Shown in pieces: positions 23,796 to 33,900 of a stretch of 64,000 bases of DNA. Location of the stretch: positions 128,001-192,000 of the forward strand of contig CAVVXH010000010.1 in assembly GCA_963752155.1 (NCBI GenBank). The letters run 5' to 3'. The notes below the pieces were generated by a model. That model worked only from the letters and a program-made list of their open reading frames with translations. It had not been told where the DNA came from and did no database searches. This DNA is from an uncultured Parachlamydiaceae bacterium (GTDB taxonomy: Bacteria; Chlamydiota; Chlamydiia; Chlamydiales; Parachlamydiaceae). The position numbers were made by a program, and so were the translations under genes. Numbering within the stretch: the first letter of the stretch is position 1; each line of letters starts with the position of its first letter.

Positions 23796-26366
23796 TTAAT
23801 TTATCGTCGATATTGAGTAAAATCCTTCAGATAGATTTCCAATAAAGGGGGGATTTTTTCGGAGCTGAAGTTGAATATAATGAGATTGTTGATCAAAACA
23901 ATGGGGATTAAATTGGGGATTCCCTTGATTTGGATCGCCTAAGATTTGGCCTGATTCTCCTAACGCAAGAATACTTTTCATATGAATATGCTTTGGAGTG
24001 AATTCCGCAATCATATAAAATCCTGAAGCATTAAAGATGTTCATCGTTTGAACAGACCCTAGGATGAGATTATTGAAGCTATAGACTCCTCGTTGCCCTT
24101 TTCCCCAGGGACGAGCATTAAAGCCGCCTAAGATATCCAAAGCATGGTCAAGAGATTCCACGATAATCTGATCAACAGGGGGTTGGTTAGTTAGCCATCC
24201 ATCGAAGAATACCTTGTTATTATAGGCAAGTTTTAAAATTCTTGAAAGTGTGTTGCCGGGTCCTACGATACTATTCGTCGTTCCCTCTACGTTATAGGTT
24301 GGGAGCGGATCTGAAGGGGTGCTTGCCGCAACTTCTCTTGATGTTCCGGCGATGAATGGATTCATAATGGTACTTGTTACCGTATTTAACCAAACACTTC
24401 CCAAAATAGCTTTATCGCTTATATTCGTGCTATTTAAAATGTTGTTTAAGCTGCCGTCAAACCATGCACCTTTGTAATCTTTGAGAAAGGCAATGGCCTG
24501 TAGACGTGCAGGAGTAGGATTGTTTTGGACAGCTTTGAAAAATCGTTTTTTGAAGAGGGCAGTAAAGAGGTCTGCATCTCTGTCTGGATCGGAATTATCA
24601 TAAGGCGTATTGCTATTTGCTACATATTGTCTTAAATTGAGCTGTTTTAAATCCTTAAATGACAGTTTACGTATCTCTTGAATCACTTTATCAAACCAGT
24701 AGACTCGATTGAGTCCCATTCCAGACACTGTATCGTCCGATCCTTCAGCCCCTTGTTGAAATAAGCTGTTCCAGGCGGCATAGTAACCTTGATCGGAGTT
24801 CATGTCTAAAAGAGGATTTCTTGCGATTTTAGCATAGGTGTAGAGATGGTCAGAAGGGACAGGGGTGTGTTCTATCCCTTGAGGAAGGCGACGATCATAT
24901 TTTTTGGGTAAAGAGGTCCAACCTCCTGTATGGAAGGCTGCAATATTGTTTTGAGAATCAACATATTGACCTTCGAGCAAAACGATATCTGATTGAAACT
25001 GTGGATTGAGAAAACTGTTGATGAAGCCGTCAAGATTTTTGGCAAATGCTCCTTCAATAAAAGCATTAAGTGCACGTAACTGTTTTCCAATGAACACCGA
25101 ACGAAGCGTTAACATCATTCCGGAAGTTGGATCCATTTGGAGAACCCAGCCTCCAGACTTACTTCGATAAACATCCAATGTGGTATCCGGAGAACCTAAG
25201 ACTTTAATTGTGATGCTACGTGTTTGTTTGGGGTCGATATTATTCATCGATTCAAAAAGAAAATCGTTTGAGGGAAGATGACCAACTTGTAATGCTACGC
25301 CATAATCATTAAACACACCAAGCATGATGAAAGGTAAAGAGGGGATTGTAAAGAAATTGCCTCTAGTTCCCAGTTCATTGTGGTCGAATCTGATTTGATA
25401 AAAATCGCTAGGTTGGTTGAAATTCGGTTGAGGGGCTGTTCGGATCATAGGGTTGCCTGAAAGGGATTTTTTTGAGCTAAAAACCATTCCATTGCTTCCT
25501 AAAGAAGGTTTTCCTGATTTGTCGTGTAAGTTTCTTATTCTTTTAAACTTTTCAGAGAATTTTTTGCTGATTTCAGAAAATTGGGGCTGTATGGATTGTG
25601 CGTCTATGTCTGGGCTGTGAAGTTCTTCTAAAGGCTGATCTTCTGAGGAGTCCTCTTGATTGGGCACGATGGTATATTGAGACTTGATTTGATAAGTCGT
25701 AGGATCAATATCGTTAAAAATTTCTTTGGCTTTTTTAAACCCAAAGTTTTCAATTAAAAGGTATAGATCGTTAAGATTATCTAGTTGATAATTTGGAATG
25801 GATGATTGTGAAAATTGTTGTAAGATGAATTGATTTGTGCGAAGGATGTCATAGAGAGTAAATTTAGGAACAGGATTGTTTGCACCAAAACCGATAGTTT
25901 TAAGTTCATAAGGTAAGATCGATTGGTCTGCGTTGACCTGAGCTACAACTCGATTAAGACCTTTTACATAAGAGTGATAAAAATCTATTGTTTTAGGTGT
26001 GAAGTCATTATCGATCTGCTTCTGAACTTCCTTATTGGTATAATTAATTTGGCATTGAAAAATATCAGAGTCAATAAAATCAGATCCTAGATATTGTGAA
26101 GCTCTCCCATTAGCCAGCTGGGTGACAAAGAAAATTTGCCAAAGTCGATCTTGACCCTGCACAAAACCTATGGATTCAGCTAGTTCTTTAAGGTTTCCTC
26201 CTTGGATATAAGGCATTCCAAATTCGTCACGTGTGATTTTAAGTTTATTTGGATGAGAGGAGCTATTATTTTTGTCTAAAGCTTCGTTCTTATAGGAATG
26301 ATCAGCTTTTAATGTGAAAGAGGCGACAGCAGCTAAAGAACATAGGATGAATGTCTGGATACGCAT
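23796..26366 (-). CDS. Penicillin acylase family Ntn-hydrolase, exported
   Basis: Signal peptide, ITRDEFGMPYI, GFVQGQDRLWQ, GSN nucleophile motif, C-terminal GESG...NPHCFDQ. Confidence 0.88.
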   Translation of the reverse strand: MRIQTFILCSLAAVASFTLKADHSYKNEALDKNNSSSHPNKLKITRDEFGMPYIQGGNLKELAESIGFVQGQDRLWQIFFVTQLANGRASQYLGSDFIDSDIFQCQINYTNKEVQKQIDNDFTPKTIDFYHSYVKGLNRVVAQVNADQSILPYELKTIGFGANNPVPKFTLYDILRTNQFILQQFSQSSIPNYQLDNLNDLYLLIENFGFKKAKEIFNDIDPTTYQIKSQYTIVPNQEDSSEDQPLEELHSPDIDAQSIQPQFSEISKKFSEKFKRIRNLHDKSGKPSLGSNGMVFSSKKSLSGNPMIRTAPQPNFNQPSDFYQIRFDHNELGTRGNFFTIPSLPFIMLGVFNDYGVALQVGHLPSNDFLFESMNNIDPKQTRSITIKVLGSPDTTLDVYRSKSGGWVLQMDPTSGMMLTLRSVFIGKQLRALNAFIEGAFAKNLDGFINSFLNPQFQSDIVLLEGQYVDSQNNIAAFHTGGWTSLPKKYDRRLPQGIEHTPVPSDHLYTYAKIARNPLLDMNSDQGYYAAWNSLFQQGAEGSDDTVSGMGLNRVYWFDKVIQEIRKLSFKDLKQLNLRQYVANSNTPYDNSDPDRDADLFTALFKKRFFKAVQNNPTPARLQAIAFLKDYKGAWFDGSLNNILNSTNISDKAILGSVWLNTVTSTIMNPFIAGTSREVAASTPSDPLPTYNVEGTTNSIVGPGNTLSRILKLAYNNKVFFDGWLTNQPPVDQIIVESLDHALDILGGFNARPWGKGQRGVYSFNNLILGSVQTMNIFNASGFYMIAEFTPKHIHMKSILALGESGQILGDPNQGNPQFNPHCFDQQSHYIQLQLRKNPPFIGNLSEGFYSISTIN

Positions 26367-26448
26367 TTTTCTTGACCTCGCCTTTTAAAATGTTTTGGAT
26401 TTCAAATTTCTTTTTATATTTTAAAAATTTAAAATTCAAAATATTTTT

Positions 26449-27777
26449 TTAAAGCGGAGGGATTGGAAACCATCCGGCTAAGTAGAGTGGGTAATACTGG
26501 ACTTTTTTTTCCTGGTCTATTTTAAATGGACGTCCACTAAATATAACTTGAAAGGGAGGGCTATATTTCTCTGAAAATAATTTTAAACTTTTTGCCTTAA
26601 CTTGCGATCCTGATTTGACTTCAATAGGGACAACACAATCATCTATTTCTAACATAAACTCAATCTCAGCAGTCTTTTCTTGCCAGCTAAAAAGAGCGTC
26701 TCTTCCAAAGGCAAGAAGCTCCTGAGCAATGAAGTTTTCAGCGAAATATCCCTTGTAGCTCCCATAATCAGCTTCAAGGATAGATTTTGGAGAAAGAGAA
26801 CTCATATATCCTAGGAGGCCCACATCAAAGAGTAATAATTTGAATATATTCTCGCGCGAATACGCTTTAAACGGGAGGAGTCCGCTATTGGTAATATGCA
26901 CTTTAATAATAAGGCCTGCAGCTTCAAGCCAATCAATTGCGCTTGCAAGTCTGTCATAATGAGTTATACCTGGAACGATTCCTCTAAATCTAAATCTTGC
27001 AACTGATCCATCATGGATTTGATTGAGTTGAGTGGGAATGGCTTGAAAAACGCGATCGATATGCATTGCGTTGACTTTTCCGGAGTGTTTTGCAATGTCT
27101 GCATAATAAGAATTAAGAAGATCACTTTGCTTTTTCCTGACGAGGGAGAATGTTTGAAAGAGATCCTTTTTATCCTGACAATAAGTTAAAACACACTCCG
27201 GCAATCCTCCAACAATGAAATAATGTTTTAGTTTCTCTAATAAATGATCATGGATAATTTCCGGAATGGTGTCATTCGCGTGAAGCTTTTGTATAATTGG
27301 CAACGATTTATCATTTGAAGCTATCAAAAATTCTTCGAATGTCATCGCTCGTAAAACTTCAAACGTCACTTTGCCTACAGGAAAGGATACATTATTTAAA
27401 TGAATGCCTAAAAGAGAACCGGCTCCGCATAAGTGTAGTTGTGGGCACTCTTCTTGAAAGTATTTTAAACTCGTCAATGCTTTAGGTATTTCCTGGATTT
27501 CATCAAAAATGACTAGATCATTTTTAATGTCAATAGGATGTTCAAGAAAAATACTTAATTCATTTATGATTCGATGAGGATCAAGATTGGGTTCAAAAAT
27601 TTTCTTAAGATTAGGTTCCTTTTCGAAATTAATGTAATGGTAGGCTGGAAAATGAAGTTTGCCAAATTCCTTTAAAAGGTGGGTTTTGCCTACTTGTCTG
27701 ACGCCTTTGAGGAGTAGGGGTTTTCGCGATTTTTCTTTTTTCCATTTTAATAAAGTATCCATCATCTTGCGTTGCAT
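26449..27777 (-). CDS. AAA_14 ATPase with DUF4143 domain
   Basis: GVRQVGKT, FDEIQ, AGSLLG, FPVGKV, GGLPE, DVGLL, EIEF...PIEVKSG. Confidence 0.92.
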   Translation of the reverse strand: MQRKMMDTLLKWKKEKSRKPLLLKGVRQVGKTHLLKEFGKLHFPAYHYINFEKEPNLKKIFEPNLDPHRIINELSIFLEHPIDIKNDLVIFDEIQEIPKALTSLKYFQEECPQLHLCGAGSLLGIHLNNVSFPVGKVTFEVLRAMTFEEFLIASNDKSLPIIQKLHANDTIPEIIHDHLLEKLKHYFIVGGLPECVLTYCQDKKDLFQTFSLVRKKQSDLLNSYYADIAKHSGKVNAMHIDRVFQAIPTQLNQIHDGSVARFRFRGIVPGITHYDRLASAIDWLEAAGLIIKVHITNSGLLPFKAYSRENIFKLLLFDVGLLGYMSSLSPKSILEADYGSYKGYFAENFIAQELLAFGRDALFSWQEKTAEIEFMLEIDDCVVPIEVKSGSQVKAKSLKLFSEKYSPPFQVIFSGRPFKIDQEKKVQYYPLYLAGWFPIPPL

Positions 27778-27789
27778 ATTTTCCTCCTT

Positions 27790-27997
27790 AATAACAAAAT
27801 TGACTGATGCGGAATACTAAGAAAAATTAAACGCAAAGGCACGAAGGCGCAAAGAGCACAAAGAGATCTTACATGTAAAGTATAAATTTTACCTATTTTT
27901 TCTTTAAACTGAAGATTCTTCGCGTAAGATCTCTTTGTGCTCTTTGCGCCTTTGCGTTTAGTTTTTTCCTATACTTCATATCATAATATCGCAGCAT
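27790..27997. repeat. Composite palindromic element, family D (copy 1)
   Basis: Outer ends AATAACAAAAT.GACTGATGCG / TAATATCGCAGCAT; inner arms TAAACGCAAAGGCACGAAGGCGCAAAGAGCACAAAGAGATCT and complement. Confidence 0.85.
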
Positions 27998-28036
27998 CTT
28001 TTTTCATCTAAACTACCTGCATTTCCTTAGGTTAAC

Positions 28037-28127
28037 AAAAAAGTAGATTTTTGTCACTTTTATCGTCAAAAAAGTGACAGATTTTGTCACTTTTATCGTC
28101 AAAAAAGTGACAGATTTTGTCACTTTT
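28037..28127. repeat. Tandem 33-bp repeat (~2.7 copies) of palindrome AAAAGTGACA-N5-TGTCACTTTT; possible operator array
   Basis: Unit ATTTTGTCACTTTTATCGTCAAAAAAGTGACAG, lying upstream of the ATPase at 27777. Confidence 0.8.
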
Positions 28128-28144
28128 TCTCATAAAAATGAGAT

Positions 28145-28582
28145 CTAGAAAAAATTAGCCGCCGCTTCTGTGTCAAGAATTCCCACAAAGATTCCAAATG
28201 CTGCGCAAGGAAAATGCTTTTTAGCATTCATTAAATTGATGATTCCCCCCGAGAACGTAAATCGCCTTTGTTCTTCAAGGCTCCTTGCATTATAAAGAAA
28301 GTTAAGGGGAGCTCCTATGGTTAACGTAAAAACACCCATAGCTACGTGAGCTATTGAATCTATAAGTGCGGTCGGTAGGATGAGAAGATTTACTGCGCGT
28401 GGGCCAAATTCATTCCATAAAAAGGCCCCCCAGGCCGCACTTTTATTTTTAGATTCCTTATACCAAGAGTGGGTAAAGGACGTAAGTATTCGTGTGAGAC
28501 TAAAATTTTCATGGAGTTGATAAGGGCTTGCATGGTTTTTTACATTCATAAGAATCTTCTTGCAATGATCGCTTATAGTCAA
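28145..28582 (-). CDS. Hypothetical membrane protein (start uncertain)
   Basis: ORF with a long hydrophobic stretch LLILPTALIDSIAHVAMGVFTLTIGAPLNFLY. Confidence 0.45.
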   Translation of the reverse strand: MTISDHCKKILMNVKNHASPYQLHENFSLTRILTSFTHSWYKESKNKSAAWGAFLWNEFGPRAVNLLILPTALIDSIAHVAMGVFTLTIGAPLNFLYNARSLEEQRRFTFSGGIINLMNAKKHFPCAAFGIFVGILDTEAAANFF

Positions 28583-28662
28583 TCAGAAAAATTAAGAGAA
28601 ATTAATGATCTCAGGGCGGTATCCACCCTGAGAATTGAGTTTTTCATGAAAAAACATCTACC

Positions 28663-30696
28663 TTACAAAATGTTCTCCATGATCGATTCAACGGTAAAGC
28701 CAAATTCTTTGGCTAACATACTTTGCGGGGCTGAGGCACCAAACGTATCAATACAAATAGGGATGCCGTCAGAGCCGATGTATTTATGCCAGCCTTGTTC
28801 GACACCAGCTTCAATGCTCACGCGTTTGCCTAAATTTCCTCCAAGAACGCTATCTTTGTACTCTGGATTTTGTTTTTCATAAAGTTCCCAACAGGGCATA
28901 GAGACAACGCGAACTGATTTTCCTAATTTTTCAAGTTCAAGAGCTACATCGATGGCAAGATGAAGTTCAGAACCGGTGGCTATTAACGTATAGTCGGGAG
29001 ATTTTCCTTGAGGTTCTTTTTTTAAGATATAGGCACCTCGTCCTACGCCTTCTGAATATGAACGTTTTGTGAGTCCTAAATCTGGTAAACTTTGACGGGA
29101 AAGCACTAAAGCTGTTGGGCCGCTATAATTCAATGCTGCAATCCACGCCATTTTTACTTCATTTTGATCCCCAGGCCGGATCACATGCAGATTAGGGATT
29201 GCGCGTAGTGCTGCCAAATGCTCGATAGGTTGATGAGTAGGACCGTCTTCTCCAAGGAAAATCGAATCGTGAGTGAATTGATAAATCACATGTTCTTTCA
29301 TGAGGGAGCATAGGCGTATGGCATTGCGCATATAGTCTGAAAAAGTTAAAAAAGTTCCAATGAATGGCACAAACATTCTTGTCTGTGCAAGCCCAGTAGC
29401 CATTGTCGCCATTCCGAATTCACGTACACCAAATTTGATGTTACGTCCACGATAGTCTTTTGGGGCTATGAGAGGGTATTTTGCAAGCATAGTTAAATCT
29501 GAGCCTGATAGGTCTGCAGAGCCTCCTATAAACCAAGGAAGTAGATCTGCAAGTAGGTTGAGAACTTCATTTGAAGCTTTTCGACTTGCAATCGGAGCTT
29601 TAATGGCTAATGCTTCTAATTTTTCTTCTAGATCATTAGGGACTTTATGATGGGCATAGGTTTCGAATTCTTTCAATTTGTCTGGGTTTGCCTTGCTCCA
29701 TTGATCAAAAAGTTTCTTCCAGTCATCTTCTGAATGTATATCTTGAGAAAGTTTTTTACTAAAAAAATCTGTCACTGACTGAGGGACGTAAAAAGGATCC
29801 TGAGGTATTCCCAAAGCAGCTTTCGTCTCCTGAACCTCTTCGACGCCAAGAGGCGCTCCGTGAGCTTTGTAAGAACCAGCTTTATGCGGAGATCCTTTAC
29901 CGATAATTGTGTGGGCGATGATTAAGCGAGGACAAGTTTGGTTATATCTTGCTTGGTTTATTACAGAAGCTACAGCATCGATGTCATTGCCATCCACTTC
30001 AAAAACTTCCCAACCATAAGCTTCATAACGTAGCCGTGTATTTTCAGAACAAGATTGGCTCAAAGGGCCATCAAGAGTGACATGATTCGAGTCATAGATA
30101 GCGATGATATTGTTGAGTTGCAGGTGTCCAGCGAGAGAAGACACCTCAGAGGTGACACCCTCCATAATACATCCATCACCCATAAGGACAAAGACTTTGC
30201 TATCGATGATTTTTTGTTCGCTCGTATTAAAGCGAGTCGCTAGCATTTTGAGGCCTAAGGCGGTTCCTATAGCGTTCCCCAATCCTTGCCCTAGAGGGCC
30301 TGTGGTTGTTTCGACACCTTCAGTATCTCGAGATTCTGGATGTCCAGGGGTTTTAGAATGAAGTTGTCGGAAATTTTTGATATCCTCGAGGCTCAGGTTA
30401 TATCCAGAGAGGTGTAAACAAGAATAAAGCAACATGGAGCCGTGTCCGGCTGAAAGAATGAAACGATCGCGGTTTATCCAGTTTGGGTTCTTTGGATTGT
30501 GCCTTAAAGCTACTCCGTATAGGTAGGCTCCGATTTCTGCACACCCCATGGGTAAGCCAGGATGACCTGAATCTGCTTTTTGCACCGCGTCCATGGATAG
30601 GCCACGAATTGTCATTGCAATTTTGATGAGTTGTTGCTTAAGGTCTGGATCTAAGTGGTTTTTTTCGTAAGAATCTACGTTATTTTCACTATTCAT
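28663..30696 (-). CDS. tkt: Transketolase
   Basis: SGHPG, RDRFILSAGHGS, TTGPLGQG, GDGCIMEG, GVREFGM, THDSIFLGEDGPTHQP. Confidence 0.98.
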   Translation of the reverse strand: MNSENNVDSYEKNHLDPDLKQQLIKIAMTIRGLSMDAVQKADSGHPGLPMGCAEIGAYLYGVALRHNPKNPNWINRDRFILSAGHGSMLLYSCLHLSGYNLSLEDIKNFRQLHSKTPGHPESRDTEGVETTTGPLGQGLGNAIGTALGLKMLATRFNTSEQKIIDSKVFVLMGDGCIMEGVTSEVSSLAGHLQLNNIIAIYDSNHVTLDGPLSQSCSENTRLRYEAYGWEVFEVDGNDIDAVASVINQARYNQTCPRLIIAHTIIGKGSPHKAGSYKAHGAPLGVEEVQETKAALGIPQDPFYVPQSVTDFFSKKLSQDIHSEDDWKKLFDQWSKANPDKLKEFETYAHHKVPNDLEEKLEALAIKAPIASRKASNEVLNLLADLLPWFIGGSADLSGSDLTMLAKYPLIAPKDYRGRNIKFGVREFGMATMATGLAQTRMFVPFIGTFLTFSDYMRNAIRLCSLMKEHVIYQFTHDSIFLGEDGPTHQPIEHLAALRAIPNLHVIRPGDQNEVKMAWIAALNYSGPTALVLSRQSLPDLGLTKRSYSEGVGRGAYILKKEPQGKSPDYTLIATGSELHLAIDVALELEKLGKSVRVVSMPCWELYEKQNPEYKDSVLGGNLGKRVSIEAGVEQGWHKYIGSDGIPICIDTFGASAPQSMLAKEFGFTVESIMENIL

Positions 30697-30777
30697 CGAT
30701 TCTACCTCGGTTGTTATCTGGTTTTGTTACAGAAGCTTAATGTATCTTTTTTTCAACTTAATCGGCAAGAAAAACGT

Positions 30778-30922
30778 GGCCTTGTTCACTTCTTCGCTCA
30801 ATTATTCCTCCTCTGTGTTCTCTGTGATCTCTGTGGTAGATTTTTTTTTACCACAGAGATCACAGAGAACACAGAGGAGGAATAATTGAGCGAAAGTTTC
30901 TCGTGTACAGGTGAACATAGCC
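30778..30922. mobile_element. MITE with 8-bp target duplication and internal 46-bp perfect palindrome
   Basis: AAAAACGT at 30770-30777 and 30923-30930; TIR GGCCTTGTTCAC / GTGAACATAGCC; inner arms 30793-30838 / 30849-30894 built from CACAGAG 9-mers. Confidence 0.75.
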
Positions 30923-30933
30923 AAAAACGTGGC

Positions 30934-33900
30934 CTAAGCCTTCAAGAATTTTATAACTTCAGACACGAGTCGTTGAGTTGTCTGTTCGTTTTCAAGAAGG
31001 CTATTCACGAAATTGATAAGCAGGTTTAGTGCTACCCTTTTATCGACTTGTTTAGAAGGATTCATTCCTAAATCACCAAGATATGATACGACTTCTGGAA
31101 ACTTAATATTATATGATTCAACGATTAAATTGAAAATCAGTCCAGCGGAAACAGAAACCGAACGAGCTTTAAGTAAGCATAATTCATCTTGTTCTTTTTC
31201 TGTTAGAAAAGACTTTTCTTCAAGAATCTGTATTCTTTTTATTCCACCAACACTTTGCAAACTAGATACTATAGACTCATATATTTTCTGAGTAGATATA
31301 TTTGTACTGACTTGATCGAGTAAATTTTTCAGTTGGAAAGTGAAATCTGGGGCATAACTTTCCCTAAGGGAACGAAGGTCTCTTTGCTGTTGTGCTGCAG
31401 CAAGGTGATTTGTAAAATTAACTAATAAGGGCGCTAATATCCCTTGTTCTTTTGATTCTTCATAGGAAGGTATTTTTCCTTCTTTTAAGTTTGCAATCAA
31501 ATAATTCAAATCATCTTTCATTTTTTTTATGAATCCTTCGATAGAAATATTTAAATTGAAATTAACCGAATCAAGATTTAAACAAGTATCTCCAAATTCT
31601 TGTATTTTTTTAATTGCAGAATGCTTTTGAAGACCATTGATGGACTTGTTCGCCATACTGATTACAGGATCCTTCAGCCTCATTCCTTGTAGAAGTTCAC
31701 CGGCAATCATTATCGTAAAATCATTCAGTGATTTTATAGGATCTGGAGTAGTTCTATTTATAACTTTTTGTAAATTGATGCTATTATTTAAATTACTTAA
31801 TATTAAAATTAATTTTTCTCGTAAATTGTTAACGTCAGCCTTGTTAAGAGCTTTCACATCACTCGTTTCACTCTGTTTAAGTACGCTAAGCAATTGAGCT
31901 AATGATACATGTTTTAATTCATCATTTGGATTTGTCTTGAACCAATCAAATAACGTAGAAATCATTTCCTTCAAGGCGTTAAATCCATTATCATCTAAAA
32001 GCATTTCAGTTTTTCCAAAATTTTTATGATTTAGATGACGTAAAACTTCAAGCAATAATAATGAAACTTTAGCTTCTTCATTTGATTTAAGAGAAGTTTC
32101 GATAGGCTCTTTCCCTTTATTGGTTATCTTAGGAAAATTCTCCATTGTGATCAAATTCAGCACAATTGAATCGAAGAGGAAGGGGGATAAGTCGTGTACT
32201 TTAGGAATCATAATTTTCTCCCCCTGATTAATGAAGGCGATGCTATAGAGCTTGCAAGCTTGAGCAATAATTTCGGGTGTATAGACTTTGTTGATTAAAT
32301 TGACTCCTATAGTAAAGGATTGAGAAATAGCGTCGATTTCTTCATTGCTCATAGAATGTATTGCTAAAAGGTCGTTCAAAACTTCTAAAAAGGGTCGAGG
32401 CATCGATTTGACTCGATTAAGAAGGGCTAATTCATTGCTGGTAGGCTTATGAAGAGCATGATCGTCTGAATTTTGTCTGGAGAGGAGATAATTCTCATCA
32501 TCCTCTTTGTTTTCTTTTGGACTTAGAGTCATCTTAGAAATTTGCCTTAGAGAATTAAGTGGAGTTTCTAGAATATTTGGGCTGATACGGTTTACATTTT
32601 TTAGCAAAGACTCTGCTATTCTGCACATAAAGTTTAATGCGCTCTGATCACTTTTATCTTGTTGATAAGCTGAAAAGCCAATATCTATACTTCCCTTTTC
32701 AAAAATACGATTTCCAAGTTTTACAATTAAATGTGAAATTTCTGGGGTAACCTTTTTAAGATTTGTAAAAATGTTCAATTGAATTTCAAGATTGTTTTTT
32801 ATTTCTTTTAAATTGGTTGATTCGATGAGCAGTTTATCGAGAAATGTCTTTCGGGTAGCTTCTTCTAATGTTTGTGGGACTATTTTTTCGATTCTTTCAA
32901 TTTCATTTTTGATAACGCTAATTCTTTGTTTTAAATTTAAATTTTCTATTCTATTGATAAATTCAATAAGTTCTTTGATCGAATCAGCTTTTTTTGTAAA
33001 AGCATTGGAAAGTTGAGTATTCATCACTGGAGTTTCAAGTTTATTTATTGTGTATTTTCCCAGCTGTCTAACAAATGGTGTATTTTCAAGGTATATCCTT
33101 GTAAAAATTCCGAAGGCGTATAAGGCACCAGAACTTACTAAAATGGTAGGTATGTTCGATCCCAGAGTTAACATAAGAAGAGGGTAAAAAAGAAGCAACA
33201 GTTTTGGATCTTTGTCTGGATTTAGACTGTCAAGAATGTTTTGCTTTCCTTCTGAAACTTTATCTGTCACTTTTTTTATTTCATCGGCTGCTAGTTCAAA
33301 AAATGGTTTGATAATAGAATCTTCGCCTTTTTTAATTTTTGAGATTTCACTTAATAATGAATCGATAAGTTGCTTTGTTGAAACTTCGATATTAAGTTCA
33401 ATTCCTCCTAATTCAAATGTTTTTAATAACGTAGATATTTGTTTGACAATTTCATTGAGTACACCTGATTTATCTAGTGAATCAATAATGGCTTCAATCG
33501 ATTTATTGGTTTCTACATCTAGGCTTCTGCCCAATACTTCTGAAAGGATGGATCTAGAGATATTCAAAAGAGATTTTCTAGGATTTTCAATTAAATTATT
33601 AGAAAGTTCTTTCAAATTTATTTCCTTAAAATTAATTTTTTCGGCATCAAGTAGTTTTTTAAGCATGAGTTCACTTAAGTTGCATCCATTTAAATCTTCG
33701 ACTCTTGAAAGTTCTAAATTTTGCAAGATAATTGGAAATTTTTGAATCACCCGAAATTGATCTAGTGGACGTCCATCAGTAAAAGAAGCAGTAGAGATTT
33801 CTTGTGCTAATAATACCAAATATTTTTTTCCATTAATATCTAAACCAATTTCAGTATTATTTATATTATTTAATAAGCTAATCGTCGCTTCTTGTATTTC

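Noticed and set aside
28037..28127. Possible mini-CRISPR (33-bp palindromic repeats)
   Set aside because: Units are head-to-tail with no unique spacers, and there are no cas genes.
30655..30885. Small ORFs over palindromes (also 17013..17258, 36843..37037, 38577..38840, 38960..39265, 49965..50300)
   Set aside because: They are read-throughs of 9-mer repeat hairpins with no RBS or domain support.
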